A stretch of DNA of 64,000 nt from Patescibacteria group bacterium (GTDB taxonomy: Bacteria > Patescibacteriota > Patescibacteriia > UBA1558 > GWA2-36-10), in the NCBI GenBank assembly GCA_041650755.1, contig JBAZKN010000001.1, positions 4,387 through 68,386 on the forward strand, in the 5' to 3' direction. A program made the position numbers and the translations under genes. Each line of letters begins with the position of its first letter. Within the stretch, counting starts at the first letter, position 1. A model generated the notes under the pieces. That model ran no database searches. It was given only the letters and a program-made list of their open reading frames with translations, and had not been told where the DNA came from. Of the stretch, positions 29,316 through 39,406 are shown one piece after another.

Positions 29316-30206
29316 ATGAAAATCAGTCTACTTTTACAAGAGTTTTGTGATTATTCCCAGTATATTAGGGGATACGCGACTACTACAATAGGCCGTTATA
29401 GGAGAGTAGTATTGTTGTTTTGTAAATACGCCGGCATAGAAGACATAGAGGAGATAAATGAAAGTAATGTCAGGAACTTCTTTTTTAATGGTCGTACAGC
29501 CAAAAGTTGGTCTTCTAACACCTTTGTTTGCTATCACAAGACACTGGTGGTGTTTTTTCGTTGGTGCGTAAAGGAGGGGCATATGGTGGCTAATTTGGCC
29601 CAAGACGTAGAAACTCCCAGAATAGAGAAGAGATTGCCTCCCAAACTCACAAAACAGCAGGCGCTTAGGCTTCTAGAGGTCGTATATAATTATCCTTATC
29701 AATACAAGTTTTTGCATTTTAGAAACCATGCTATTTTTGCCACCTTTTTATTTACCGGTATCAGAAGAAAAGAACTATTAAACTTGAAATATACTGACAT
29801 TGATCTTGAGAATCTGACGCTTTATGTAAGGCAGGGCAAGGGCAGTAAGGACAGGATTGTGCCACTAAATTATAAACTAGCTTCAATACTCCAGAAATAC
29901 AACCAGGAACGCTCTAGACTCAATAAGACATGTCCAGAGTTTTTTACTTCCCTAAACCGTAATATGGGGTTTAAGCAGATCGGTTTAAGGCGTTTGGTTG
30001 AGCAAGTTAGAAAGGTTTCTGGTATTAGTTTTAACGTCCATCGCCTAAGACATACTTTTGCTACCCTAATGTTAGAAGGTGGCTGTGATATTTATAGTTT
30101 ATCAAGGATAATGGGCCATAGCGACATTAAAACAACAACTATATATTTGGCGGCTAGTGGGGAGCATTTGAGACAACAAATAATAAAGAATCCTCTCGAA
30201 ATTTGA
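29316..30206 (+). CDS. Tyrosine recombinase/integrase (XerC/D-like)
   Basis: TGIRRKE, GKGSK, HRLRH, MGHS and terminal Y catalytic residues. Confidence 0.92.
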   Translation: MKISLLLQEFCDYSQYIRGYATTTIGRYRRVVLLFCKYAGIEDIEEINESNVRNFFFNGRTAKSWSSNTFVCYHKTLVVFFRWCVKEGHMVANLAQDVETPRIEKRLPPKLTKQQALRLLEVVYNYPYQYKFLHFRNHAIFATFLFTGIRRKELLNLKYTDIDLENLTLYVRQGKGSKDRIVPLNYKLASILQKYNQERSRLNKTCPEFFTSLNRNMGFKQIGLRRLVEQVRKVSGISFNVHRLRHTFATLMLEGGCDIYSLSRIMGHSDIKTTTIYLAASGEHLRQQIIKNPLEI

Positions 30207-30267
30207 ACCATAGACACTTATTGACTAACTCTCTTTTTAGGGCCATAATTAAAGCAAAATCTTTATT

Positions 30268-30909
30268 ATGGCAGTACCAATACCTCCACCAGATACATCT
30301 CAAACAACTTCCCTTATTGAGATACTAAAGCAGTTGGTTGGTTTAATTTTGGGATTATTGGGTGGAATTACTATTGAATCTACGTTGCATATCAGTCAAA
30401 AAATTATAAATAAAAATAGAATTAATTCGAAATCTAAAACAGGAGACCATAGTCCAGTAACGAATGTAGGCGTAACCGGGAATGATAATCAAGTTACTGT
30501 GAACACTAACAATGGTTTAGATAACAATGATCAAATAGATCAGGAAAAACTTTTTATCGGGAATGAAATAGATAAAATACTTATTTATAGAAAAATTAAC
30601 TTATTTTTTAGTCCTTGGTATAGGCAGGCTTACGTACAGTTAAATAAACATCTAGTATGTGCATCTGCTGCAGAATTTGCTAGGGCATTTTCAATAATCA
30701 AAGGGATATTTCTTGATCAGAATACTTATGACGGAGTTTTTGATCAAGAGGCACTTTCAATGATGGAGCACTCTTTTAATGAAATTGATAAATTCGTAAT
30801 TGATCAATCTAGTGACGAAAAACTGCTGTGTGGCATTATTAAAAATTTTGAAGCCGCTTTTTTTAGGTTAAAGAAGAATATAAATTATGAACCAGATAGA
30901 GTTACATAA
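30268..30909 (+). CDS. Hypothetical protein with N-terminal hydrophobic segment
   Basis: 213-aa ORF overlapping the next ORF by 23 nt. Confidence 0.65.
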   Translation: MAVPIPPPDTSQTTSLIEILKQLVGLILGLLGGITIESTLHISQKIINKNRINSKSKTGDHSPVTNVGVTGNDNQVTVNTNNGLDNNDQIDQEKLFIGNEIDKILIYRKINLFFSPWYRQAYVQLNKHLVCASAAEFARAFSIIKGIFLDQNTYDGVFDQEALSMMEHSFNEIDKFVIDQSSDEKLLCGIIKNFEAAFFRLKKNINYEPDRVT

Positions 30910-33868
30910 TAAAATATTAAAGATTTTAGCGGGTAATATTGGGGAAACAGATGCTGATGAGATTAAAAGCATAATTTCAACCAACGATGATGCTAGAAGA
31001 TATTTTTTCAGTAAGGCCGATGAAAAATGGCTTGTTTGGTTGTGGCAAAATGGGTTCATGGATGCCATTAAAGAAAAAATAAAAGATTCTTCATCGTATG
31101 CATATGCTAGCTCAGAACTAAATTATTTAGTAAAGGTAGCTGAAAAAGTTCCTGACGAAACAGCAAAAATTATATTGGAAGTGCCTGTTGAAGAAGGCTT
31201 TAACTCGGAAGTGGTAGATAGATTTTTATGGATTTGTAGTACAATGCCTGCACCGCAGCTTTCTAGGATAGTGCCAAAAATTCTAAATGAAAATTGGGTG
31301 ATTTTGATGAGCAGATTTAGAGATTGGGGGTTTGAATACGATAAAATGTTTCAGATCCTCGAAGGTGCTAAAGATTATGAAAGTATATTATTATTGGCCG
31401 AAGCTGTTCTATCAGTTAAGTCTCAAGAGGAATATCAAAGAGATGGTGTTTCGAGAGAGAGTCCATTTTATATAGAAAAATTATTCTACACAAAAGTTTT
31501 TGAACATCTTGTCAAATTACCAGTTAGCCATATAGAAAGAGCTTTGTCTTTAATAAATAAAACGATATTAAAAATTTCACTTATTAATTCGGAAGATAGT
31601 AGTAGCACTTTTTCAATTATTGATACTTTTTCTTATGGTATAGATTTTTTTTCTTTGAATCTTGGGGAGAATAAGCATGATCGATTTGGTGGAGATGTTC
31701 AAAATTTAATCGCTGCACTAAAACTGTTTTTAGAACGTTTCGTAAAAGATTGTATCAACAAAAGTGAAATTGAAAGGATTTATAATGAGTATATTTTTAC
31801 TTTACCTTCTTGTGAAGCAATGTGGCGTTTTCGATTATTCGCGCTTAATTTATCTTCTGAAATCTTCCAGAATAGTATAAAAGAGGAACTATTTTCTCTT
31901 TTCAATGGGAATCCATATGATAAATTGATTATTGAGTATCAAAAGTTATTAGGCTTGAATTTTTCCAATATGGCAGAAGTTGACAAGCGTAGTTACGTCG
32001 CTCAAGTTTTCGAATTTTTCGGAGCAAAAGTGGCAGATAAGAAAGAGCTTAAGTGGAATAAACAACGCGGATTAGAACTTTTGTCAAATATTTGTCGATA
32101 CTTAACTGATGAAGAGCTTTCAAAATGTGAAGATGTATTTGAAAAACAATGTATTCTTGACTATAAACCCGAGCCACTATTTCGCAAATTTTTCGCTGGA
32201 ACCGTAACTCCGATAGGTCCAATTAGCGCCGAAGAATTCACAAAATTTTCTATAAAAGAGATTGCGGAGAATTTGCGAAATAATTGGAGTCCGAAAAATT
32301 TATATAATAAATATAAAAATGATGATTTCCTAAAACCACGTAATGCTGAAGGAGTAGGTGAAATCTTAAAAAGTGATATATCTAAAAGATTGCAAGATTA
32401 TGTCTCAAATGCGGATTTATTTTTTGATCCTCAGTCTTTAGCGCCGCATTATTCTTATTCATTCTTTAGAGGTATTGAAACGGCAATAAAGGATAATATA
32501 GATACTGCAAAAAAAGTAGACTGGAGTATTTTAATTTCATTTTTAATTCGTATAAGAGGATTAGGTCAAGAAAATTTATCGAATGACGAAAAAGAAGAGA
32601 GAGAAGAATTTGATTCATGGTTAGCTGGATGGGATTCGGTGCATTCAGCTATAGTGGATGTTATACAGATTTTGATTGGTGAAGGAGAGGAAAAACATAT
32701 CATAAATTTTCCTAAGTATAGAGAGAAATTAATTCAGATTATAAGTTATTTACTTGAATATAAAGATCCAGTGCCCTCTGACGAAAATATTGAGACTGCC
32801 AAAATGAAAACTAGTGGAAGAGGCTCCAAAGATTACTTTGTAAGCGATCCATATTCGATGGCCATAAATACTGTTCGTGGAAGAGCATTTCAAGCACTTG
32901 TACTTTTTGTATATAGAGACGGCAAAGAGATAAGTAAAGATATAAAAAAAGAATACGAAACTGTTTTGAAAGACGAAAATACTCGCGCATTAATGTTTAT
33001 GTTCGGGAGATTTTTGCCATCCTTTTATCTAAGAGATAAACAATGGATTAAGGGTTTGTTGGAATTTATTTTTCCAATTGACCCAAGCAAGAATAATCTA
33101 TATTTGGCAGCATGGGAAGGCTATTTGACTGGCCCATTGTATGAACAAATTTTTGGAGATGAAGATTTTCAAAAACTATATTATAGAGGTTTGAGTGCAA
33201 ATAGTGGTCAGGATACTCATAGAAAATACGTGAAAGCGCCGGAAGAAGGGATAGCCGATCATTTGGCATTGGCATTCATGCATTATGAAAAGTTTGGATT
33301 TAGGAACAACTTATTTCGTGAATTTTGGAAAAGGCAGAACACCCGACGTGATGAATTCATCAGGTATTTGGGCAGCTTGTATATATCTGGTAGTAATGAT
33401 AATGCTGATAAACTACTAATTAAAAATCCTTTAGCTAAAAAAAGACTTGAAAAAATATGGGATTATGTACTTCAAAACTTTGAAGATCCAAAATTGTTTG
33501 AAAATTTTGGTTTTTGGATGAACATTGAAAAGAATGTGTTTGATGAAAAGTGGCTGGCAAAAAATATTGCAAAGACTCTAGAGAAGTCAAAAGGATCAAT
33601 TACGTGGGATTATGGGTTAACAAAATCTATAACTAGGTTAGCAGAGATTGCTCCAGAAGATTCACTTTTAATAACAAGATATTTCTTCTTTGAAGGAATG
33701 AAAGAAGAAAAGCGTAGGCCATTTTATTTAGATGATGAATGGATACAAACGTTCAAAATTTTATATAAAAATCCGATTACAAAACAGGGTACATACAAAC
33801 TTATAGATGACCTTATTCGTGAAGGTGGTAGCGTTTTTTGGAAGTTAGAAGATTTATTCAATTTATAA
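30887..33868 (+). CDS. Large alpha-helical hypothetical protein (defence-associated candidate)
   Basis: 993-aa AT-rich ORF with Trp-rich helical repeats and an AINTVRGRAF motif; no Walker A visible. Confidence 0.75.
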   Translation: MNQIELHNKILKILAGNIGETDADEIKSIISTNDDARRYFFSKADEKWLVWLWQNGFMDAIKEKIKDSSSYAYASSELNYLVKVAEKVPDETAKIILEVPVEEGFNSEVVDRFLWICSTMPAPQLSRIVPKILNENWVILMSRFRDWGFEYDKMFQILEGAKDYESILLLAEAVLSVKSQEEYQRDGVSRESPFYIEKLFYTKVFEHLVKLPVSHIERALSLINKTILKISLINSEDSSSTFSIIDTFSYGIDFFSLNLGENKHDRFGGDVQNLIAALKLFLERFVKDCINKSEIERIYNEYIFTLPSCEAMWRFRLFALNLSSEIFQNSIKEELFSLFNGNPYDKLIIEYQKLLGLNFSNMAEVDKRSYVAQVFEFFGAKVADKKELKWNKQRGLELLSNICRYLTDEELSKCEDVFEKQCILDYKPEPLFRKFFAGTVTPIGPISAEEFTKFSIKEIAENLRNNWSPKNLYNKYKNDDFLKPRNAEGVGEILKSDISKRLQDYVSNADLFFDPQSLAPHYSYSFFRGIETAIKDNIDTAKKVDWSILISFLIRIRGLGQENLSNDEKEEREEFDSWLAGWDSVHSAIVDVIQILIGEGEEKHIINFPKYREKLIQIISYLLEYKDPVPSDENIETAKMKTSGRGSKDYFVSDPYSMAINTVRGRAFQALVLFVYRDGKEISKDIKKEYETVLKDENTRALMFMFGRFLPSFYLRDKQWIKGLLEFIFPIDPSKNNLYLAAWEGYLTGPLYEQIFGDEDFQKLYYRGLSANSGQDTHRKYVKAPEEGIADHLALAFMHYEKFGFRNNLFREFWKRQNTRRDEFIRYLGSLYISGSNDNADKLLIKNPLAKKRLEKIWDYVLQNFEDPKLFENFGFWMNIEKNVFDEKWLAKNIAKTLEKSKGSITWDYGLTKSITRLAEIAPEDSLLITRYFFFEGMKEEKRRPFYLDDEWIQTFKILYKNPITKQGTYKLIDDLIREGGSVFWKLEDLFNL

Positions 33869-33912
33869 GATTATTATACGAAAGATAACTTGCATATTCT
33901 TTTATTTGTAAT

Positions 33913-34476
33913 ATGGTTGCCGCCAAAATTAAAGATCTAGCTAAAAAATTATTGGCCGAAAAAGATTTTGAAAATATCTTAAAGTTGATAGAAGATTTTA
34001 ATCAGCCACAATGTAGAAGAAGAGCCAGAGATGAATTAATGGCATTTGTTGGCGTCGTGCCAAAGAGACCATTGTATTATGTCGTCGCCAATATTATTCA
34101 TCTGCCTGATTTTGGAACTAGAGATATAATCCGTTATTTAGGAGATTATATTGACCAGATAGTTAGGTTTACCCTGGAAGAAAAAAATTTTTTGTCGAGA
34201 TGGTCGAAGAGGCCGCTCGGACCAAACATCATAAAATTAAAAAAATATATAGACAATGACCTTTATGAATGTTTGTGTTTATTTAATTTGATATATACGC
34301 AAGCAAAACATGACTTTAATCATTATAAAGACGAAAGCCTATTTGATTACAAGGACGCAATTTATGTGATATTTATTACTAAGCGATTAGCAAATAGATT
34401 ACTGCCCCTCTCTGAAAAAGCGAGAGATTATAATAATAGTGGTAAAACTCTTTATAAATACGATCCAGTGGAATAA
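33913..34476 (+). CDS. Hypothetical protein (possible HEPN-like)
   Basis: 187-aa helical ORF with LGP...YTQAKH near the C-terminus. Confidence 0.6.
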   Translation: MVAAKIKDLAKKLLAEKDFENILKLIEDFNQPQCRRRARDELMAFVGVVPKRPLYYVVANIIHLPDFGTRDIIRYLGDYIDQIVRFTLEEKNFLSRWSKRPLGPNIIKLKKYIDNDLYECLCLFNLIYTQAKHDFNHYKDESLFDYKDAIYVIFITKRLANRLLPLSEKARDYNNSGKTLYKYDPVE

Positions 34477-34486
34477 AATAAATCGC

Positions 34487-34669
34487 CTAAATGGGCGATT
34501 TTTGGTTTTTATAATTTTCAGGATTATTCCGCATATCTATTTCAAGAAGTAGTTGAAAAAAATTGATGAACTGAGTTCCTTGGCTGTATGCTTCCTCGCG
34601 ACTGATTTCTTTTCCGTGTACTTCTTTATAAATTTTTTGATATTCACTTATACTATCTTTGGGAATCAT
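34487..34669 (-). CDS. Small helical hypothetical protein of a type recurrent in CPR mobile regions
   Basis: EYQKIYKEVHGKEISREEA pattern; overlaps the Nudix stop (ATGA). Confidence 0.7.
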   Translation of the reverse strand: MIPKDSISEYQKIYKEVHGKEISREEAYSQGTQFINFFQLLLEIDMRNNPENYKNQKSPI

Positions 34670-35070
34670 TTCCCAATGTATTCTTTTATTGCCTGTTTAT
34701 AACCATCTCGCATATTTAAGCCATCTATTTCATCTATTGATACCCATCTATATTCCGAGTATTCATTATTTTCCATAATTTTATTTTCGTGTGAAATGCA
34801 GATATAAATTTTAACAGTAAATTGATACTGTGTTGCATTTACTTCTGAAGAAAAATTCCATGGTTCCAAAGCTGTCTTGATTTCAAAATTTTCCCAGCCT
34901 AGCTCTTCTTTGAGCTCTCTTTTCAGTGTTTTTTCTGGAGTCTCATCGTTCTCCATACGTCCACCGGGCATCTCCCAGACGCCCTTATGATCCTTCACTA
35001 AAAGGATTTTTTTATCCTCCTCAAATAGTGCTTTTACTGTGGTTTTTTCTATTTTTTTAGTCAAATTCAT
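34666..35070 (-). CDS. Nudix hydrolase
   Basis: Nudix box GGRMENDETPEKTLKRELKEELG; ATG at 35070. Confidence 0.9.
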   Translation of the reverse strand: MNLTKKIEKTTVKALFEEDKKILLVKDHKGVWEMPGGRMENDETPEKTLKRELKEELGWENFEIKTALEPWNFSSEVNATQYQFTVKIYICISHENKIMENNEYSEYRWVSIDEIDGLNMRDGYKQAIKEYIGK

Positions 35071-35073
35071 ACA

Positions 35074-35102
35074 TTGACATAGTAAACGTTTTCTGGTATT
35101 TT
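35074..35102 (+). promoter_or_regulatory. Putative promoter of the five-gene operon
   Basis: TTGACA-N17-TATTTT with a TG extension. Confidence 0.5.
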
Positions 35103-35151
35103 GTAAAGTCAAAGTCGTTTGACCATGTACCTTAACAAGGAGTAGATAGAC

Positions 35152-35958
35152 ATGAGGATCAAATATAGTGATCCGCAGGTCCAGTACGGGACTGCCCGTA
35201 ATCTACTCAACAGAGAGCTTGCTTGGGATAAATACGGCGTCGGCGCTGGTAAATATGGCATAGACTTCATCAACTTCGAGGGAAATGAGCTGGTACTTGA
35301 TGCCGGTTCAGGAACTGGAAGGGACGTTGCCATAATTAGCCAACGGCTGAACAAAGGCGGAAAAGTCTTTGCCGTAGACATCTCGCAAGCACTGTTGAGT
35401 ATCACCTGTCAGAGGGCTTGTAACACAATCACCACACCCCTGTGCGCTATTGCGTCAATTGAGAGTCTGCCTTTCGGCGATGGTCAATTTGATGTAGTAG
35501 TCGCCAAGCACGTCCTTAACCATGTCGATGATCTTGAGCGTGGAATGAGAGAAACACAGCGAGTAGTGAAGAGGAGGGGAAAAGTAGTAGTCACGACTGG
35601 CGTTAAGACGCCCGATGACGATCTGCTGAGAGTGTGCCACCAAGAAGCAATATCGCGTGTTGGCATCGAAACCACTGTGCGTCTTTCTCGTTCTCCTTTC
35701 CATTGTGGAAACGCTAGAGAGTACCTCAGTAGTCTCTTCGGAGACGTGAGATATCACTTCTACGGTTTCCAGATGGCGTTCCCTGACGTGGGTAGCTTCA
35801 TGTTGTATTACACGACACTGCCAAGCTTTCAGGAGTCCACCAGCGATCCGGCAACAAAATCTACTCTGGCGGCAGAAATGAGAAGCTTACTGGCCAGTAG
35901 AGAAATGCCGATCGTCTTGGATCGGTCACGCGGAACTTTCGTCTGCACCAAAATCTAG
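35152..35958 (+). CDS. Class I SAM-dependent methyltransferase
   Basis: VLDAGSGTG, LPFGDGQFDVV motifs; AAGGAG SD. Confidence 0.9.
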   Translation: MRIKYSDPQVQYGTARNLLNRELAWDKYGVGAGKYGIDFINFEGNELVLDAGSGTGRDVAIISQRLNKGGKVFAVDISQALLSITCQRACNTITTPLCAIASIESLPFGDGQFDVVVAKHVLNHVDDLERGMRETQRVVKRRGKVVVTTGVKTPDDDLLRVCHQEAISRVGIETTVRLSRSPFHCGNAREYLSSLFGDVRYHFYGFQMAFPDVGSFMLYYTTLPSFQESTSDPATKSTLAAEMRSLLASREMPIVLDRSRGTFVCTKI

Positions 35959-35970
35959 GAGGAGAGAGCG

Positions 35971-37053
35971 ATGTCAGTAAGAATCGGCATCGTCGGTGCA
36001 GGCGTGATGCTCAAGTACCAAGTAAACGGATTCCGTTTAGCTGGTGCTGAGATAACCTGCATTGCCGATCCAGACCAAGCTGCTGCCCAAAAGGCGGCTA
36101 CTCAGTGGGAGATTCCTCGGACCTTCACCTCTCTTGAGACAATGTTAGAGTCAGCATCTTCGGATGTTGACGCTATCAGCGTTCTCACGCCGCCGGTGTG
36201 CCACATGAACCTTGCAATCCAAGCTCTTCGAGCTGGAAAGCACGTGTTTTGCGAAAAGCCGCCGGCCATGAACGCTGGGCAGGTTCGAGAGATGGCAGAG
36301 GTAGCTCAGGCTTCAGGTCTTCATCTTCTGTTTGATTTCAACAATAGAGCGCGACCGGAAGCAGAGGAGATCATCCGACGTATTAACGAGGGATTCTTCG
36401 GGCGAATCAACTCCGCTCAAGCCGTTTGGGTTCGTAGATCAGGTATTCCGGCTTTCGGAAGCTGGTTTACAATCCGGGAGAAAGCTGGGGGCGGTGCGTT
36501 GATTGATCTGATGCACATGCTCGATTTGGCTCTGTACTTCATGGGTTACCCCAAGCCGAAACACGTGTTGGGTCAAACTTTTAATGACTTCATGGACGAC
36601 CCTTCACGCCGGGGAACCTACGGAGTAGCCAAGAGAGACGGTGCTGCAGATGTTGAGTCGAGTGCTCACGCCTTCATCACCTTCCAAACCGGACAAGTTC
36701 TTACAGTCCACACTTCATGGGCTGAGATGGTCCGAGAAGAGCAGTGCTTCGTAGTTCTCCAAGGTCAGAAACTCGGAGCTAAGGTTTCAAGGCTGTTTCA
36801 AAGCAATACCTGTGATAGCATCACCGGTACTTGCGAGCTGTACTCTCAGGAGTCAGGACAGCCGAGAAACCAAGGCATTACGGTGCCTTTCGACGGTTCA
36901 ATGGGACGCGTAGCTGCTGCAAGCAACTTCGTGGAAACTCTGCAAAGACAGGCTGAACCGCTGACTACTCCCTTTGAAGCCTGCAGGCTGATGAGCATCG
37001 TCGATGCCATCTATATGTCGGCTAAAAAGGGGGGGCCGGTGGAACTCGACTGA
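35971..37053 (+). CDS. Gfo/Idh/MocA-family NAD-dependent oxidoreductase
   Basis: IGIVGAG, KHVFCEKP and GGGALIDLMH motifs; AGGAGG SD. Confidence 0.92.
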   Translation: MSVRIGIVGAGVMLKYQVNGFRLAGAEITCIADPDQAAAQKAATQWEIPRTFTSLETMLESASSDVDAISVLTPPVCHMNLAIQALRAGKHVFCEKPPAMNAGQVREMAEVAQASGLHLLFDFNNRARPEAEEIIRRINEGFFGRINSAQAVWVRRSGIPAFGSWFTIREKAGGGALIDLMHMLDLALYFMGYPKPKHVLGQTFNDFMDDPSRRGTYGVAKRDGAADVESSAHAFITFQTGQVLTVHTSWAEMVREEQCFVVLQGQKLGAKVSRLFQSNTCDSITGTCELYSQESGQPRNQGITVPFDGSMGRVAAASNFVETLQRQAEPLTTPFEACRLMSIVDAIYMSAKKGGPVELD

Positions 37054-37073
37054 AAAGTCGGAAAGGAACTACG

Positions 37074-38249
37074 ATGTTTCGACGCATCATTATCTTAGTG
37101 ATGGATAGCGTCGGCATCGGCGCTCAGCCTGACGCAGCAGACTACAAGAGCGTTGGCGCTAATACCTTCCATCACGCAGCTGAAGCACACCAGGATTTCA
37201 GGGTTCCCAACCTTGAGAAACTGGGTTTCGGTAACATCGTCGGAGTAAGTTGTATCCCGACCGTTCATCGACCTCTTGCGCACTTCGGGCGCATGATGGA
37301 AACGACGTCGGGAAATGACACCTTCGCCGGCATCTGGGAAATGGCAGGCGTTACTTTTACAGAACGATTCGCATCGTTCTACCCCAAGATGTCGCTTGAC
37401 TTGGTGCAGCAAATGCAACAGGCCATAGGCACCCTTACGCTCTGTAACGCCTACATCTCTGGTTTCAAGGTGTTTGACGAATACGCCGACCAACACTTCG
37501 CAACAGGTCAGCCTATTGTCTACACCTGTGACGATGGGGTGGTCTTAGTAGCAGCTCACGAAGGTGTTGTTCCACCAGCTAGGCTACATGAGATTGCCCG
37601 GAAGATGTCTCGTTTCTTTATCGGGAAGAACGTCACGAGAATCATCGCCCGAGCTTTTATCGGTGAAAAGGATAACTTCGTCCGCACCGAGAATCGGGCC
37701 GATATTATCGTGCCGCTTAATAAGAGTTGTGAACACCTATTCCAACGGATTCGAGAAGTCGGAATGCCTTTTACGGCTACTGAACACCTCGCTTCGGTGA
37801 TAGGCAGTGAGTTCGTCACCGAAGTAATACCTGGGATTATGGATTCGGCTGGTGTTATGGATTCTGTCCTGGAATACCTGAGAGTTGGTAAAGATGGCGT
37901 GGCTATGTTCGTTGTGCCAGACTTTGATATGTCTGGCCATGCTCGTAAACCCCGTCAATACGCTCTCGACCTTATGTACTTCGATCAGAGACTTGGCGAG
38001 GTTTTGCCGATGATCAACTGCGATGACCTTCTGTTGATTGTGGCTGATCATGGCTGTGATCCGGTTATAGCAATTCGGGGGCATACTCGAGAGTACGTGC
38101 CACTTCTAGTACTGGATGGCAACGGTGGTTCTAGCTCAGACCTGGGAACCAGGACGAGCTTTGCCGATCTAGGCCAGACTATCTGTGGTTTGATAGGAGC
38201 CAATCCCATTCCTCTTGGCGAAAGCTTCGCCGGCATCCTTAAGGAGTGA
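37074..38249 (+). CDS. Phosphopentomutase-like enzyme (divergent DeoB)
   Basis: MDSVGIG, GNDTFAGIWE, DFDMSGH, ADHGCDP and HTREYVP motifs. Confidence 0.85.
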   Translation: MFRRIIILVMDSVGIGAQPDAADYKSVGANTFHHAAEAHQDFRVPNLEKLGFGNIVGVSCIPTVHRPLAHFGRMMETTSGNDTFAGIWEMAGVTFTERFASFYPKMSLDLVQQMQQAIGTLTLCNAYISGFKVFDEYADQHFATGQPIVYTCDDGVVLVAAHEGVVPPARLHEIARKMSRFFIGKNVTRIIARAFIGEKDNFVRTENRADIIVPLNKSCEHLFQRIREVGMPFTATEHLASVIGSEFVTEVIPGIMDSAGVMDSVLEYLRVGKDGVAMFVVPDFDMSGHARKPRQYALDLMYFDQRLGEVLPMINCDDLLLIVADHGCDPVIAIRGHTREYVPLLVLDGNGGSSSDLGTRTSFADLGQTICGLIGANPIPLGESFAGILKE

Positions 38250-39403
38250 TCATGCACGAAGAACCTTTGCTGGCAATAAACGGTGGAAAAGCCGTTTATC
38301 CAGGAAGCCTCAAACGAGGTCGGGTCTTCGGTGAAGAAGAGCGGCAGGCCGTCTGGGAGGTAATGGGAAAGGGCGTAGTCTCAAAAGCTGGCATGGGTGA
38401 AATGGTGCAACGGTTTGAATGGGAATTCGCCGCTTATCACCAGATGCCCTACGCCATAGCGACCACGTCCGGTACCAGTGCCCTTCACACGGCTGTCGAC
38501 GCTTTGCAGATAGGCCCGGGAGACGAAGTCATTGTCCCTGACTTGACCTTCGTTTCCACAGCTTCAGTAGCTTTACAAGCGGGAGCGAAAGTCGTCTTCT
38601 GTGACATTGACCTCGACACCTTCAACCTGTCCGTGACTGATCTCAAAGCGAAGATAACCCCCCGTACCAAAGCAGTGATCGTGGTACATCTGTACGGCAG
38701 ACCCGCCGATATGGACCAGATCCTGCAACTGACAACAAAACACGGTATTCGTCTGATCGAAGACTGTGCTCAGGCCCATGGAGCCACCATCTGCGGGCAA
38801 CTCGTAGGAACGTTCGGTGACTTGGCTTGCTACAGCTTCTATCAGACGAAGAACATGAGCTGTGGAGAAGGGGGAATGGTCATTACCGCTAATGAGGAGC
38901 TGGCTCAAAGATGCAGGTCTTTGACCCGACACGGACTTATCGGCGATGACTTGGGTGTCTACAACTACGATAAGCTTGGCTACAACTACGCAATGACTGA
39001 GCTTCAGGCGGCAATTGGTATTGTGCAGTTGCGTAAACTCGCAACTCTCAACCATTACCGTCGTCAGAATGCCAAGCTCTACCGTGAAGGGTTGGACACT
39101 CTCCCGTTGCACTTCCAGGAAGACGCGGATGGTCACGTGGACCACTGCTTGACTGCAGTTCTTCCAGCTGAACTATCGCGTGAATGGTTTCTTAAGGCTG
39201 TGAGAGCTGAAGGGGCAATGGTCAACTGCCTTTATCCGTTAGCATTGTCGAGAACAGCGATATTTGTCGGCTCCAATCAGCCTACAGTATCGCATCGAGT
39301 CGCGACGTCACTGTTCAACCTTTACACCAACCCTGACGTGTCCTACGCCTTCGTAGAAGTGTGTTGCACAGCCATACGCAAGGTGTTGGGCTACGGGAGG
39401 TGA
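38246..39403 (+). CDS. DegT/DnrJ/EryC1/StrS PLP-dependent sugar aminotransferase
   Basis: SGTSALH, EDCAQAHG and SFYQTKNMSCGEGG motifs (PLP lysine present). Confidence 0.93.
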   Translation: MIMHEEPLLAINGGKAVYPGSLKRGRVFGEEERQAVWEVMGKGVVSKAGMGEMVQRFEWEFAAYHQMPYAIATTSGTSALHTAVDALQIGPGDEVIVPDLTFVSTASVALQAGAKVVFCDIDLDTFNLSVTDLKAKITPRTKAVIVVHLYGRPADMDQILQLTTKHGIRLIEDCAQAHGATICGQLVGTFGDLACYSFYQTKNMSCGEGGMVITANEELAQRCRSLTRHGLIGDDLGVYNYDKLGYNYAMTELQAAIGIVQLRKLATLNHYRRQNAKLYREGLDTLPLHFQEDADGHVDHCLTAVLPAELSREWFLKAVRAEGAMVNCLYPLALSRTAIFVGSNQPTVSHRVATSLFNLYTNPDVSYAFVEVCCTAIRKVLGYGR

Positions 39404-39406
39404 GTC

